DNA from: Epithemia pelagica
Lineage: Eukaryota; Protista; Bacillariophyta
Reading direction: 5' to 3'
Length of the DNA stretch: 64,000 nucleotides
Assembly: GCA_946965045.2 (NCBI GenBank)
Contig: CAMPTO020000005.1
Span: forward strand, 1 to 64,000
The notes under the pieces are model-generated. The model saw only the letters and a list, made by a program, of their open reading frames with translations, had not been told where the DNA came from and ran no database searches. Positions 24,688-35,895 of this stretch are shown piece after piece; the first letter of the stretch is position 1, and the number at the start of each line of letters is the position of its first letter. The position numbers were made by a program, and so were the translations under genes.

Positions 24688-24740
24688 ATGGCACTGAACG
24701 AACAAGCATGGCAGTCGTCGGGGCTTTTCGTATCGATTGA
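24688..24740 (+). pseudogene. 5' remnant of a sixth Kelch paralogue
   Basis: ATG GCA CTG AAC GAA CAA GCA TGG CAG TCG = MALNEQAWQS, matching the paralogue N-termini (MxxKEQAWQSGL), then unrelated sequence. Confidence 0.55.
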
Positions 24741-25804
24741 TCGTTACCACATGTGACACAAGACGAGGCAACAAAGAGAGCCTGTGGATGTGGACAAGAC
24801 ACGTTCTGGTGATTGTTCGACGGGCAGACGACGTCGGGCCAGAACCGTTGTCGTTGTCGACGACACAATGGACGATGAATGTTGGTGTGCTCATCCGTAT
24901 CTCTCGGGTCTCGAGCTTCCAACCAACACCATTCATGAAGGGAGAAGAAAGGTCCAAGCATTTGAACAATCGTCTCTCAAGTGGCAGATTCACCAGTGAG
25001 ACCAGCATGATGACAGGATCATGTTGTCTGAATCTAAGGGCAACGCACAATGTTGTGGAAGAACCCATGAAGGTCAATGTGGAATCGCACAGGTGGACCT
25101 TTTGTTATTGTTGCAAAAACTACAAGACCAATGGCATTTCGACAAGTGCATCAACAAGTACAACACTGAGGAATTGCACCGACGACCAGCAGTACTAGCT
25201 GGATGGAACAACAACAGGTCAAATGACCCTGGACCACAAACTACGACCGACACGTGTGCAGTCCAATTTAAGCAAGTTCCTTCCCCGACTCGCCATGTCT
25301 CCATCCACGGCCCGTGCAATGTCGTTGCTTATTCGTTGGGAACCAACGACCAGAACGACTGTGGAGCCTTTTCATTGCAGGATTGTTGCATCACAACACT
25401 ATACAGTACTCTACTGCCCATTGCAAGTGGCATCCGCAACAACCACAAACTGACGGAAACGAATCGCACCAATCCTGTCATTGTTGTTCTGCGAGGCTCC
25501 TGTGAGGATACCACAGTGGTGGTCAGTCTCGCCATGAGAAGTTTATTTCGATATCCAAAAACCTCTACGGTGGTATTCCGAATGAATAGAATGTGTGGCT
25601 TTCTTGATTTTGTGGGACTATTGCGGTCCATATCTTTCTCGCGACGAAAACTACCGATCGCTCGTGTTTAGATACATCCATTTCGTCAAATCAGTCGTGC
25701 TTCCAGTCCGTATTCATCAGCATCAGATCAGCAGCAAACCCACGAACCTCTCACAATACAGTGAGTCTTGATCCTCGGAAATCATGCAGTCACCGTTTGG
25801 AACC

Positions 25805-27019
25805 ATGAGCTTGACACTGAAAGAGCAAGCATTGCAGACGGGCCTTGTTCTATCGGACGAGAGAGCAGAATGGAATGAAAACGACTGGCCTCCTCTCGAG
25901 GGTGGATGGCGTGACGATCATGCGTCAGTCGTACTTGATCATCCCGATCAGGACAACAACAACAATGGACAGACGGTCGTGGTGTTGGGAGGAAAACAAC
26001 AACACAAAGGCTTTGTCAACTCCGTTCTTGCATTGGACTTAGCACAATCAAGCAAGCAATGGCGAGAAGGACCGCCGATGAACCAGAAACGTGATAGACA
26101 TGCTGCTGTTGTGTGTAATGGAGGCATCTACGTGATGGGAGGACGCAATAACTACTATTCGTTGTTGGATTGTGTGGAAAGAATCGATGTTAATGATCTC
26201 GTGCAATCTTGGTTAACAAACAGCACCACACACGAGAGTCACTGGACGACATTGACATGTCGCTTATCAACGGTTCGAGAAGGATGTTGTGCTGTTGCGG
26301 TTCATAATCGATATATTGTTGTTATGGGTGGACGCAACGGGGACAACAGGGAGGAATTGTCGTCGGTCGATATTATTGATACCAGCAATCATACTGTCAC
26401 TGCCGGACCATCCATGACAGTTCCACGAGTATGGTGTGCCAGTGCGGTCATTGGTCACCGAATCTTTGTCGTTGGAGGCTATAACGAGGGCGGAAATCTT
26501 GACTCAGTGGAGATTTTGGACTTTGTAAAGCCCTGGCACAACGAGGAGAGAAACGGCACTCTGTCTACATTCATTTCCTCCTTGTCGGGCTGGACGACTC
26601 ACTCTGATCTTGTACTTTCCAACCCACGGCATTCTTGTGCAGTGGTTACCGTGGGATCCTGTCTGGTGGTGGCGGGAGGACGAAGTCCAACCGTGGAAGT
26701 CATGGATACGAAGCGCAACCTCGTGTGGAATCTCCCACCATTCGAATATGGCCGTGAAGACGGCAGTATGGTGACTGCTGCCAATCAAGTTGCCATGATT
26801 GGTGGATGGTTAAATCCTGCCTGTGCGACATTGTCACTAATGGACAAGTATACGTGGTGTTTTTGTCGACTCTGCGAGCAGCATCCAAGATCGTATCATT
26901 CTCTGGAAGGAGTGGGTATTCGAGATACCAACGTTATATCAGGCACCACATCGACATTACCTCCGAAACGAGCGAGGGCCAATGCATGCCATGGTGGTAA
27001 AGAGGAGGATTGCACTTGA
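25805..27019 (+). CDS. Kelch-repeat protein, paralogue 3 (~404 aa)
   Basis: Kelch motifs. ATG at 25805 aligns with the other paralogues. Confidence 0.9.
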   Translation: MSLTLKEQALQTGLVLSDERAEWNENDWPPLEGGWRDDHASVVLDHPDQDNNNNGQTVVVLGGKQQHKGFVNSVLALDLAQSSKQWREGPPMNQKRDRHAAVVCNGGIYVMGGRNNYYSLLDCVERIDVNDLVQSWLTNSTTHESHWTTLTCRLSTVREGCCAVAVHNRYIVVMGGRNGDNREELSSVDIIDTSNHTVTAGPSMTVPRVWCASAVIGHRIFVVGGYNEGGNLDSVEILDFVKPWHNEERNGTLSTFISSLSGWTTHSDLVLSNPRHSCAVVTVGSCLVVAGGRSPTVEVMDTKRNLVWNLPPFEYGREDGSMVTAANQVAMIGGWLNPACATLSLMDKYTWCFCRLCEQHPRSYHSLEGVGIRDTNVISGTTSTLPPKRARANACHGGKEEDCT

Positions 27020-29117
27020 AATGTACAACAGGCTAGAAAAATCTAATTAAACAATATCATGGAAATACATAATCTCGAATAGTTGTCATGTTTATGTCAC
27101 GACATATTCAGCTTTGATGATGATCATGTCACTCCTTAGTTACCTAGTGAATCCTATTTGTTAATGAAAAGCTACAACTCACTTTACAGGAGTGATTTGC
27201 TCGGTCGAAAAGACATCACAATGGACAGGGATCAAAGGACCACTCGTAGCATGTTTTGAAGGCATCCAGCTGAGGTTGCATATGACCGGAAATGTATGAT
27301 GATGCTAGATTCCTCCTTGTTGTCACAGCGGTCGTCATGATGCGTGCATCCGCCACGGCCAGCAGGAGACAATTCAAGCATTTTCGTGGCGGGGTGTAGA
27401 GGAAAAGGTTTCGGGGCCTCTGATCCAGTCATCTGAACGCACTGTGGACACCCTTGTCCACCGGCAGAGGAAGCAGTCCCCATTCGGCAGCCATCGTACC
27501 GCGTCCATCCATATGTCGGTCAATCGTCTCGCTTTGGAACTGCCGTTGTGGGCAACGGCAATGCGATGTTCAGTGGTATACCTGCACCGACTCTTTCATG
27601 GCGAGTTTGGAATTTCAGGCCACACCACCAACTGTTCCACTGCTGTGGGTGCGTCGTGACAATTCAACGTCCTCCTCGTTGATGACAATGTTTTGGTCCA
27701 TCTTGTTCGCAGAGACTTGAGACTATTTGGTATTTGAGAAACCACCACAATTATTGTTACAGCAACAGCCAGTGTTGGATTGCCCATCTGCGAATGTGGA
27801 TTTGTCTCTCGAGATGGCATGGGGAACGTTCAATGCTTCAATAGTGACTGCTTTGGTTGTCAATGTACCTCCCTTCGTATCCGCATGAAATAGTAGCCTC
27901 ACAACGGTGTCATATTCCATGACTCCAGAGCAGTATGAGAACGTTCCCCCAAAGACAATTCTCCAATACTAAAGTGGCTTCCACCCCGAGTACAAGTCAT
28001 ATGGCGACTTCACAAACAATCTGCCAGCTCGCCCATTCCAAGAATGGCTGATTGTCGTATTTTTTCGTCTCCAACGTGAATTGCCCATCGCGAGGGTAGT
28101 AAATCCGGTTTTCTATTCCAGTTTTGGTCCATTAGTGGCTTTCGTGCTTCGTGAGGACCTCATTTTGTTGGCTAGATCGCTGCGGCTATTTCATTGACCT
28201 TCACAACAAACTCGAAACTCGAGAGGGATTCGAGAGCAGGAAAGTCCACCAAAGAACTAACAGGAAAATTCCCCTTCGCAGAGGCCGGTGAGCAACTGTA
28301 TGTGCTGTGTTTTGCTGTTTTGTCTTGCTGCTCTCCCTTTCACTAGCAGTGTCGTCGAGGTGCAAGGTTGACATTTCGGCTCAACGCAAGGCGATTGTAG
28401 GTGGGGTTTTCACGCCACTCTGGTACCGCCAACGCAAAACCAAACTTTCTTCTTCGCCATTGCCAGATGATCCGTTGCGCTGGTCCATTGCACCGCGAAC
28501 TTCTCATCTCGGTTGACTGTCTGGAGGGTCTGTTGTTGTTTTTGTTCAATAAAAGTTGTCGTAGATGAAAAAGTAAGGAGATCCCTTTCCTGAATAGTTG
28601 CTGCTTCTCCACTGTTCTCCTCCTCCTCCTCCTCCCACACTCCATTGTGAACGTTGAAGTGTGGTCGTATTGAGTATTATCGTATACACGGCTCCAGAAG
28701 GACAACGGCTGGTATAACATTCTAGCTGGCAACGTCGTTCACTGTCATTTCCATCAGGGACAAAGGAATTCCGCTCGTTGCTTCCAGTATATCACTCGAG
28801 AAACTGTTGTTGTAAACGTCTTCGGTGTCTTCGATATTGTCGCCATCTTCTCTACCCAAAGAAGAAAGCCACATGGTGTACTTGACACGAATGAATCCTC
28901 ATCATGACTTGTCGTGATATCTTTGCAGATCTTTGGTCTCAGTTGATTGGAGCGATTCCAACTTGCGAATGACTTGCGCTCCTTGATCTGCTTTCACTTT
29001 TTGGTGACGATGATCAACTTTAGCAACCCCATCTCGATGTTGGTGTCTCGCCGTGGTCTCGATTTTGGAAGTGCCCTAAGAGATATCACCCGTTAGCGGT
29101 GTATAGGGAATTGAGGA

Positions 29118-29270
29118 CTAACTCCATACCAGACTGTGTAGGTAGTTCGTCTCACATTTTTATACTACAGTAAGAATTTTTTGTACGACCGGGAAGTAGT
29201 TTCGTGCGAGTCGCGCGGTTTCCCTCTCCTGTGTGACAATTGCGTGACACTTGCGTGACAGCTGTGTGAC
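29118..29270. mobile_element. Solo left end of the Crypton-like family
   Basis: ctaactccataccagactgtgtaggtagt...gtttccctctc is nearly identical to 15772-15890. No matching right IR was found nearby. Confidence 0.75.
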
Positions 29271-30145
29271 ATATCTTCCAGGACCCGGCGCGAAAGGACG
29301 ATTGAATGATTATAGTTGACCTCGATCGCCGCCCACGCGAAAGCGAGACGTCTTCCTCCCATACCCAGCGGCGGACTTCTGTAAGTGCATTCGATCGTGT
29401 TAAAAGAAAAAGGTATGTGAAACGCGAGGTATGAACTGATGTAATGGTATCTTTTGCCTGTTTCGACGTTGTGGGTGTATCTTCGAGACACAAATACATA
29501 GACCCGACAGGAATGACGTGAAGGAGACGAGACGACGACGAAGAAGAGACGACGAAGAGAAGAAGAAGCAGAGACAGAGGCCAGCCGTCCTGGTCAAAAT
29601 AACAGACATAAGAAGACAGGACGAATCATACTATGGACGACGAATTACCACCGACACGTGTTGATGCTCCTCCTCTGCAGAGACCCAACACCACCATCTC
29701 AAGTTTATACCATTCCAACAGCAATGTCATTCGTTCGCTCCGATACAGGCCAAGAGATGCAGCACAAGAAGAAGCAAGTACAATTTCGGGTGGCATCCGC
29801 TACACCAATAAACTGACGGAAACGAATCGCACCAATCCTGCCATTCGTTTGTGGATACCAGTTGTTGCCTTTCTCGCCGTGTTTGATAGCATCGAAAAAA
29901 CCTCCACGGTATATTCCGAACCATAACATGCGTGGTCTTCTTCTTTATTTTGTGTGACTAGTACGGACACGATTTGTCTCGCGACGAAAGCTACCCGTCT
30001 TTGCGTGTTTCGATCCATCCACATTTCGTCAAGTCAGTCGTGATTCCAGTCCACACCCATCAGAGCAGCAGCAAACCCAAGAACCTCAAACAAGACAGTG
30101 TCTCGTTCCTCATAAATTCTGCAGTCAACGTTTGGAACTGTGAGC

Positions 30146-31228
30146 ATGACATCACTGCAAGAACAAGCATGGCATTCGGGCCTTGTCCTTTTGGACGAAA
30201 GAGCAGAATGGAATGAAGACGACTGGCCTCCTCTTGAGGGTGGATGGCGTTGGCATTATGCTACGGTCGTACTTGATCATACGGTCGTCGTGTTGGGAGG
30301 ACTGAAACAAGGAGGTGCCACCAACTCCGTTCTTGTATTGAATTTGGCAGAACCAGAAAAACAGTGGCGAGAAGGGACGCCCATGAATAAGAAACGTTGT
30401 GTCCATGCCGCTGTTTTGTGCAATGGCAGCGTCTACGTGATGGGGGGATTCAGTGGATTTTCAAATCTTGATTGCATGGAACGAATTGATTCCAATGATT
30501 TGCTTCGACCATCGACGACAACAAGTAATTCAAAAAAGAGTCCTTGGACGACATTGACATGTCGCTTATCAACGCGACGATTTGCATGTTGTGCTGTTGC
30601 GGTTCACAATCGATATATTGTTGTAATGGGTGGATGGGATGGAGGGCCAAACTTTCCGTCGGTAGATATTCTTGATACCAGTGACCACACTGTCATTGCG
30701 GGGCCAAATATGAACTTTCCACGAATATGGTGTGCCAGTGCGGTTGTTGGCCACCGCATTTTTGTCGTTGGAGGCTCCACAGCAAACACCTTGGTAGAGT
30801 ACTTGGACTTTGGAAAGCCTAGTGACAATGAAGAGGGACAGGACAATCTGTCTACATTCATTTCCTCCTTGTCTGGCTGGACGACTCACTCTGATCTGGT
30901 ACTTTCGGCCTCGGGAGATTCTTGTGCACGGGTTACCGTGGGATCGTGTCTGGTGGTGGCGGGAAGACGAAATCGAACCCTGGAAGTCTTGGATACGCAG
31001 CACAACCGCGTGTGGAATCTCCCACCATTCGAAAACAGCCGTGAAGGCTGCAGTATGGTGACTGTTGGCAATCAAGTTGCCGTGATTGGTGGACGGCGTA
31101 ATCTATCCTGTGCAACATTACGACTCATGGACAAGAATACGTGGTGTTTTCGTCAACTCTGTGCGCAGCCTCAAATTGAATGGTTTCATTCTCTGGAAAG
31201 ATTGGGTAATGTAGATGTCGACTCTTGA
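30146..31228 (+). CDS. Kelch-repeat protein, paralogue 4 (~360 aa)
   Basis: Kelch motifs. First ATG at 30146. Confidence 0.9.
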   Translation: MTSLQEQAWHSGLVLLDERAEWNEDDWPPLEGGWRWHYATVVLDHTVVVLGGLKQGGATNSVLVLNLAEPEKQWREGTPMNKKRCVHAAVLCNGSVYVMGGFSGFSNLDCMERIDSNDLLRPSTTTSNSKKSPWTTLTCRLSTRRFACCAVAVHNRYIVVMGGWDGGPNFPSVDILDTSDHTVIAGPNMNFPRIWCASAVVGHRIFVVGGSTANTLVEYLDFGKPSDNEEGQDNLSTFISSLSGWTTHSDLVLSASGDSCARVTVGSCLVVAGRRNRTLEVLDTQHNRVWNLPPFENSREGCSMVTVGNQVAVIGGRRNLSCATLRLMDKNTWCFRQLCAQPQIEWFHSLERLGNVDVDS

Positions 31229-32189
31229 ACGAATGAGGACCAATACATGATTGTCATTGTGACAAAGGGCAGGATGGCAGTTGAAATGTACAACTGGTGG
31301 CGCGGCCAAGAGCCCGGAAACTACATGGCCATTATATATGCTTGTACAAAACGGAGATTGTATCCATCTTGAGTTATGCTGTAAATAAAGGAACTGAATG
31401 AAAAGCTTTAAATCACTTTACCTATACAGGAGTGGCTTACATTGTCGAAAAATCATTCCTGTTGATGAGATGGGCAACTCCAAGGTGTCTATGAATGGGA
31501 GGAGAGTATGACGTAGGTCGTTGATGCTGCTCGGAGATGGTCTGCAGTGAGAGATTCTACCGGCTCCGTTGCAACTGGAGACAACACCATGAGGAACTCT
31601 TGGTGGTTGGTGCACCGTCATGATTCCCCCATTCGTGCCCAGTTGGACTTTTGGTATTTCTTGCGACAACTATAGAACATCGGTGTCTTCTTGGTTGGGG
31701 CCGGTTGGTTGGTTGGTTGGTTATGCATGTGTGTCTCGTTGATTGGGTGGTTGGTTATAGCCTGCGGCAGGGACTCTCTTGGCATGGTTTCTTTTGTTAG
31801 TAGAGGAGTATATATCCATCCTTAACATGGTGCAGCAGTATAGCAACAAAAGAGCGTCGAATAGTTAGATCTTGGATGGACGTTCGGAACTCCACCATCA
31901 TCGACTTGGGAGAGGATGCGACCGGAGACTGAAACGCCCCAGCGGCATAAGTGATAAAAGGCTTATTGTATGTAGTTGATCCATCGTAAGATTCAACGAC
32001 GAGGGCGTATTCGGATGGATGGTGTTGTTCTCGTAGATCTATCCACGCACAACAGCAGAAAGGGACAAGAAAAGTCTATTCTTCATTTCCAGCACACTTT
32101 GTTGTTTGGTTTCCTTTCCCGCCGCAACCGCAGCGCTGCAAATCGATCCAACCTACGTGCACAACACACACGAGCACATTGCCATGTGT

Positions 32190-33540
32190 GGTTGCTGTCC
32201 CAAAGGAGAAAAAGGACGAATAACCACCACAAGACCCACACAGAGAAGCATGGCATGGCAGTCGTATACAAGATGACGATTCTCCCAATGCGTTGTCCAC
32301 CAAAACGACGAGAAAGAGGAGACGACTACTCTTAGGAGGTGCGTGGTGGCACTGTTGGAAACGAAGACGACGATGAGGATTCAAACCGAGCTTTGCGAAA
32401 CACCAATCATAGAGAACCAAGGCAAGAAGAAAGTAAGAAGGAATTGGCTCAAGGACAACAACGACACGATTCCCTGCAGAATACTTGTTGTTCCAAGGAC
32501 ACCGCCATGCCCTTGGTAGCGTACAGCGATATACAATCACTGGGTGGAGAGCAGGATCAATTATGAGGCACGTGCCTTACCGATAGTATGAAGCGACGCA
32601 TGATACAACACTGGGGAGACCGAAACTTGCCCCATTTTAAATATACACAATGGACGATGATGCGGCGATTGCAGTGGCCCATGCGCTGCACCAAAACACG
32701 GCATGGACCTTTTTCGACTTGTCGGGAACGATTGGGAATACCGATAGACTCCAAGCCTTGGCCCAGGCACGGAGCGTCCGTACTGCATTGACACGATTCG
32801 AACTGTCGGGTTGCCGCCTACGTCACCACAATGGCCTTGAGTCTTTGAGGCTTTTGCGCTTCGGGAGACGCAAATCGACGATGCAGGAATGGAATCCTTG
32901 GGCTACGCCTTGCTGGACAATACAGGGTGGCGCGTCTTGGATGTATCGTTCATTGACTTAAGAGGAGAAGCACATGTCGATGCCTTGACAATGGCCTTTC
33001 AGGGACCATCATGATGGAGATACTTGATTCTTAATGTTGGCGGTATGGGGGACCAGGGTCTGCAAATCCTCGCCGAGCTGTTGAATATCTCCCTGAACCA
33101 CTGGCAGAGATTTACCCTTCATTTGGGTGGACATTATTCGTGGAAGAAGGCGGATGATCATGTTCAGGAATTTGGCGTGCTATTGTTACGCAAGCGACTG
33201 ACCAAGGACTGGAACTCCTTGGTGCTTTGGTTTCCCCGTTGGAGCAGCAATGAAATGAATCACTTGATTCACATATAGGAGGATAGTTCTCCAGACGAAA
33301 CCACGGCAACAACTGAGGAAAGCCACCCGGCATGCCGTAGTCATCACCAAGAACATGATCAACAGTTGTTTTGGACCAATTTAAGTGCCGAAAACTCGCT
33401 CCGCATGGCCAATTATTTGGGACAGTGCGGGCAATGCATGGATCTGTCCAGGCTTCATTCTTCCAAGCAAAGCTATTCCAACAATGAAACGTCTTGTCGT
33501 GGTGGTGATGTGAATGAAAGACAGCATCAGTCATCCAGAA
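32190..33540 (+). pseudogene. Truncated, frameshifted copy of the 5' half of the LRR-TIR gene
   Basis: Colinear with 35900-37590 but has deletions and stops (e.g. caattaTGAggc vs caattacggggc). Fused at ~33540 to the Kelch upstream module. Confidence 0.85.
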
Positions 33541-34230
33541 TACTGAGGCATTGCACCGACGAACGGCATTTCTATTAGCAGGATGGAACAACAACAGGTC
33601 AAACTACGACAAGCAACTTCCTTCCCCGACTCGCCATGTCTCCATCTATGGCCTGTGCGGTGTCGTTGCTTATTCGTTGGGAACCAACAACCAGACAGAC
33701 TGTGGAGCCTTTTCATTGCATAATTGTTTGGAACATGGCATTATACAGTACTGCAAGCGGCACCCCGAACAACCACAAACTGACTGGAACGAATCGCACC
33801 AAGCCTGCCAATTCACTCTCCAAACCAGTTTTCCATCTACTCTACCGCCCATGGCAAGTGGCATAACAACCACAAACTGACTGGAACGAATCGCACCAAT
33901 TCTGACATTTTTGTTCTGCGAGTCTCGTGTGAGGATACCACAGTGGTTGTCTGTCTCGCCGTGAGGTGTATTTCGGTATCCAAAAACATCCACGGTATTT
34001 CGAATGAATTGGAGGCGTGGTCTTCTTCGTTTTGTGGGACTATTGTGGTCCATATTTGTCTCGCGACGAAAGCTACCCATCTCGTTTCGATCCATCCATT
34101 TCGTAAAGTGAGTCGTGCTTCAAGTCCACACCCATCCGCACCCATCAGGAGACGAAAACCCAAGAAACTCTCTCACAATACAGTGTCTTGATCCTCATCA
34201 ATTCTGCAGTCAACGTTTGGAACCAGGAAC

Positions 34231-35313
34231 ATGGCATCGAAAGAACAAGCATGGCAGTCGGGTCTTGTCCTTTTGGACGAGACACCTGAATGGAATGAAA
34301 ACGATTGGCCTCCTCTTGTAGGTGGATGGCGAGAGCGTCATGCTACGGTCGTACTTGATCGTACGGTCGTCGTGCTGGGCGGATATCAACCCAACAGTTT
34401 TGCCACCAAATCAGTTCTTGTATTGAATTTAACAGAACGAGCCAAAGAGTGGCGACAAGGGCCATGCATGAACAAGACACGTTATGGACATGCCACTGTT
34501 GTGTGCAACGGAGGCGTATACGTGATGGGAGGAAATAGTAATGTACTTTCAAGATTGGATTGTATGGAACGAATTGATGCCAACGATTTGCTCCAACCAT
34601 CTACGACATCAAGCTGCACGCATGAGAGTCATTGGACGAAATTGAAATGCCGATTATCAACAGAACGGAATGGATGTTGTGCTGTTGCGGTGAAGAATCG
34701 ATACATTATTGTAGTAGGTGGATTTAACGGGGTGGAAGATTTGTCGTCGGTGGATATCATTGATACCAGGAATCACACTGTCATTGCGGGGCCAAATATG
34801 AACGTTCCACGAGTGTGGTTTGCCAGTGCGGTCATTGGTCACCGCATCTTTGTCGTTGGAGGCTCCACAACAAACACTTCGGTAGAGTATTTGAACTATG
34901 CAACACCTAGTGATAATGAAGAGGGACAGGACACTCTGTCTACATTTATTTCCTCCTTGTCTGGCTGGACGACTCACTCTGATTTGGTAGTTTCCGCCTC
35001 GCAAAGATCTTGGGCAGTGGTTACCGTGGGATCCTGTCTGGTAGTGGCGGGAGACGATCGAACTGTGGAAGTCTTGGATACTCATCACAACCGAATGTGG
35101 AATCTCCCGCCATTCAAAAATGGTCGTGAAGACTGCTGTATGGTGACTGTTGCCAATCAAGTTGCAGTGATTAGTGGATGGCGTAATCCATCCTGTGCGA
35201 CATTACCACTCATGGACAAGAATACATGGTGTTTTCGTCAACTCTGTGAGCAGCATCCAAATAGATGGTTTCATTCTCTGGAAAGATTGGGTAACGGAGA
35301 TGTTGACTCTTAA
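34231..35313 (+). CDS. Kelch-repeat protein, paralogue 5 (360 aa)
   Basis: Kelch motifs. Intact ORF. Confidence 0.9.
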   Translation: MASKEQAWQSGLVLLDETPEWNENDWPPLVGGWRERHATVVLDRTVVVLGGYQPNSFATKSVLVLNLTERAKEWRQGPCMNKTRYGHATVVCNGGVYVMGGNSNVLSRLDCMERIDANDLLQPSTTSSCTHESHWTKLKCRLSTERNGCCAVAVKNRYIIVVGGFNGVEDLSSVDIIDTRNHTVIAGPNMNVPRVWFASAVIGHRIFVVGGSTTNTSVEYLNYATPSDNEEGQDTLSTFISSLSGWTTHSDLVVSASQRSWAVVTVGSCLVVAGDDRTVEVLDTHHNRMWNLPPFKNGREDCCMVTVANQVAVISGWRNPSCATLPLMDKNTWCFRQLCEQHPNRWFHSLERLGNGDVDS

Positions 35314-35895
35314 ACGAATGTGACATGGCAGTTGAAATGTACAACAGGTTGCTCGGCCATGAGCCCGAAAACTATATCATGGCAACTATATAGTATAATA
35401 CTAAACAGGAGATCGTATCCATCTTTAGGTACGCTTTAAATCGCTACATCTAAGGACGCATCACGGACTGTCGTAGGAATGGGCTGAGAGAAAGTGCGGA
35501 TCTGTTCTGTTCCAATGGCGAAGGGACGAGTTAGGAGTTAGGACGGCTCCTCATCGAGAGGAATGGATAGCACATTACCACCATCGACTTGCGAGAGGAT
35601 GCGACTGGAGCATGAAAATCCCCAGCGACATAATTGATATAAGTCTAATTGTATGACGTCTATCCATCAAAATATACGCCTAGGGAGTATTCCGTTGGAT
35701 CTTTTTCTGCATAACAAACATAAAATTCTGTGTTGTTCATCATCATCTTCTTCTTCTGTTTTGCCTTGTCGAAAGGAATCTCCTTTTTGCTGGACGGCAA
35801 GTCCTAGCTAGTAGATCGACCCAAGCATACGAGCAATCGTGAGGGCAAACAAGAAGAGCATCGTTCCGCAGCACCAGACCCCCACACCAGACAAC

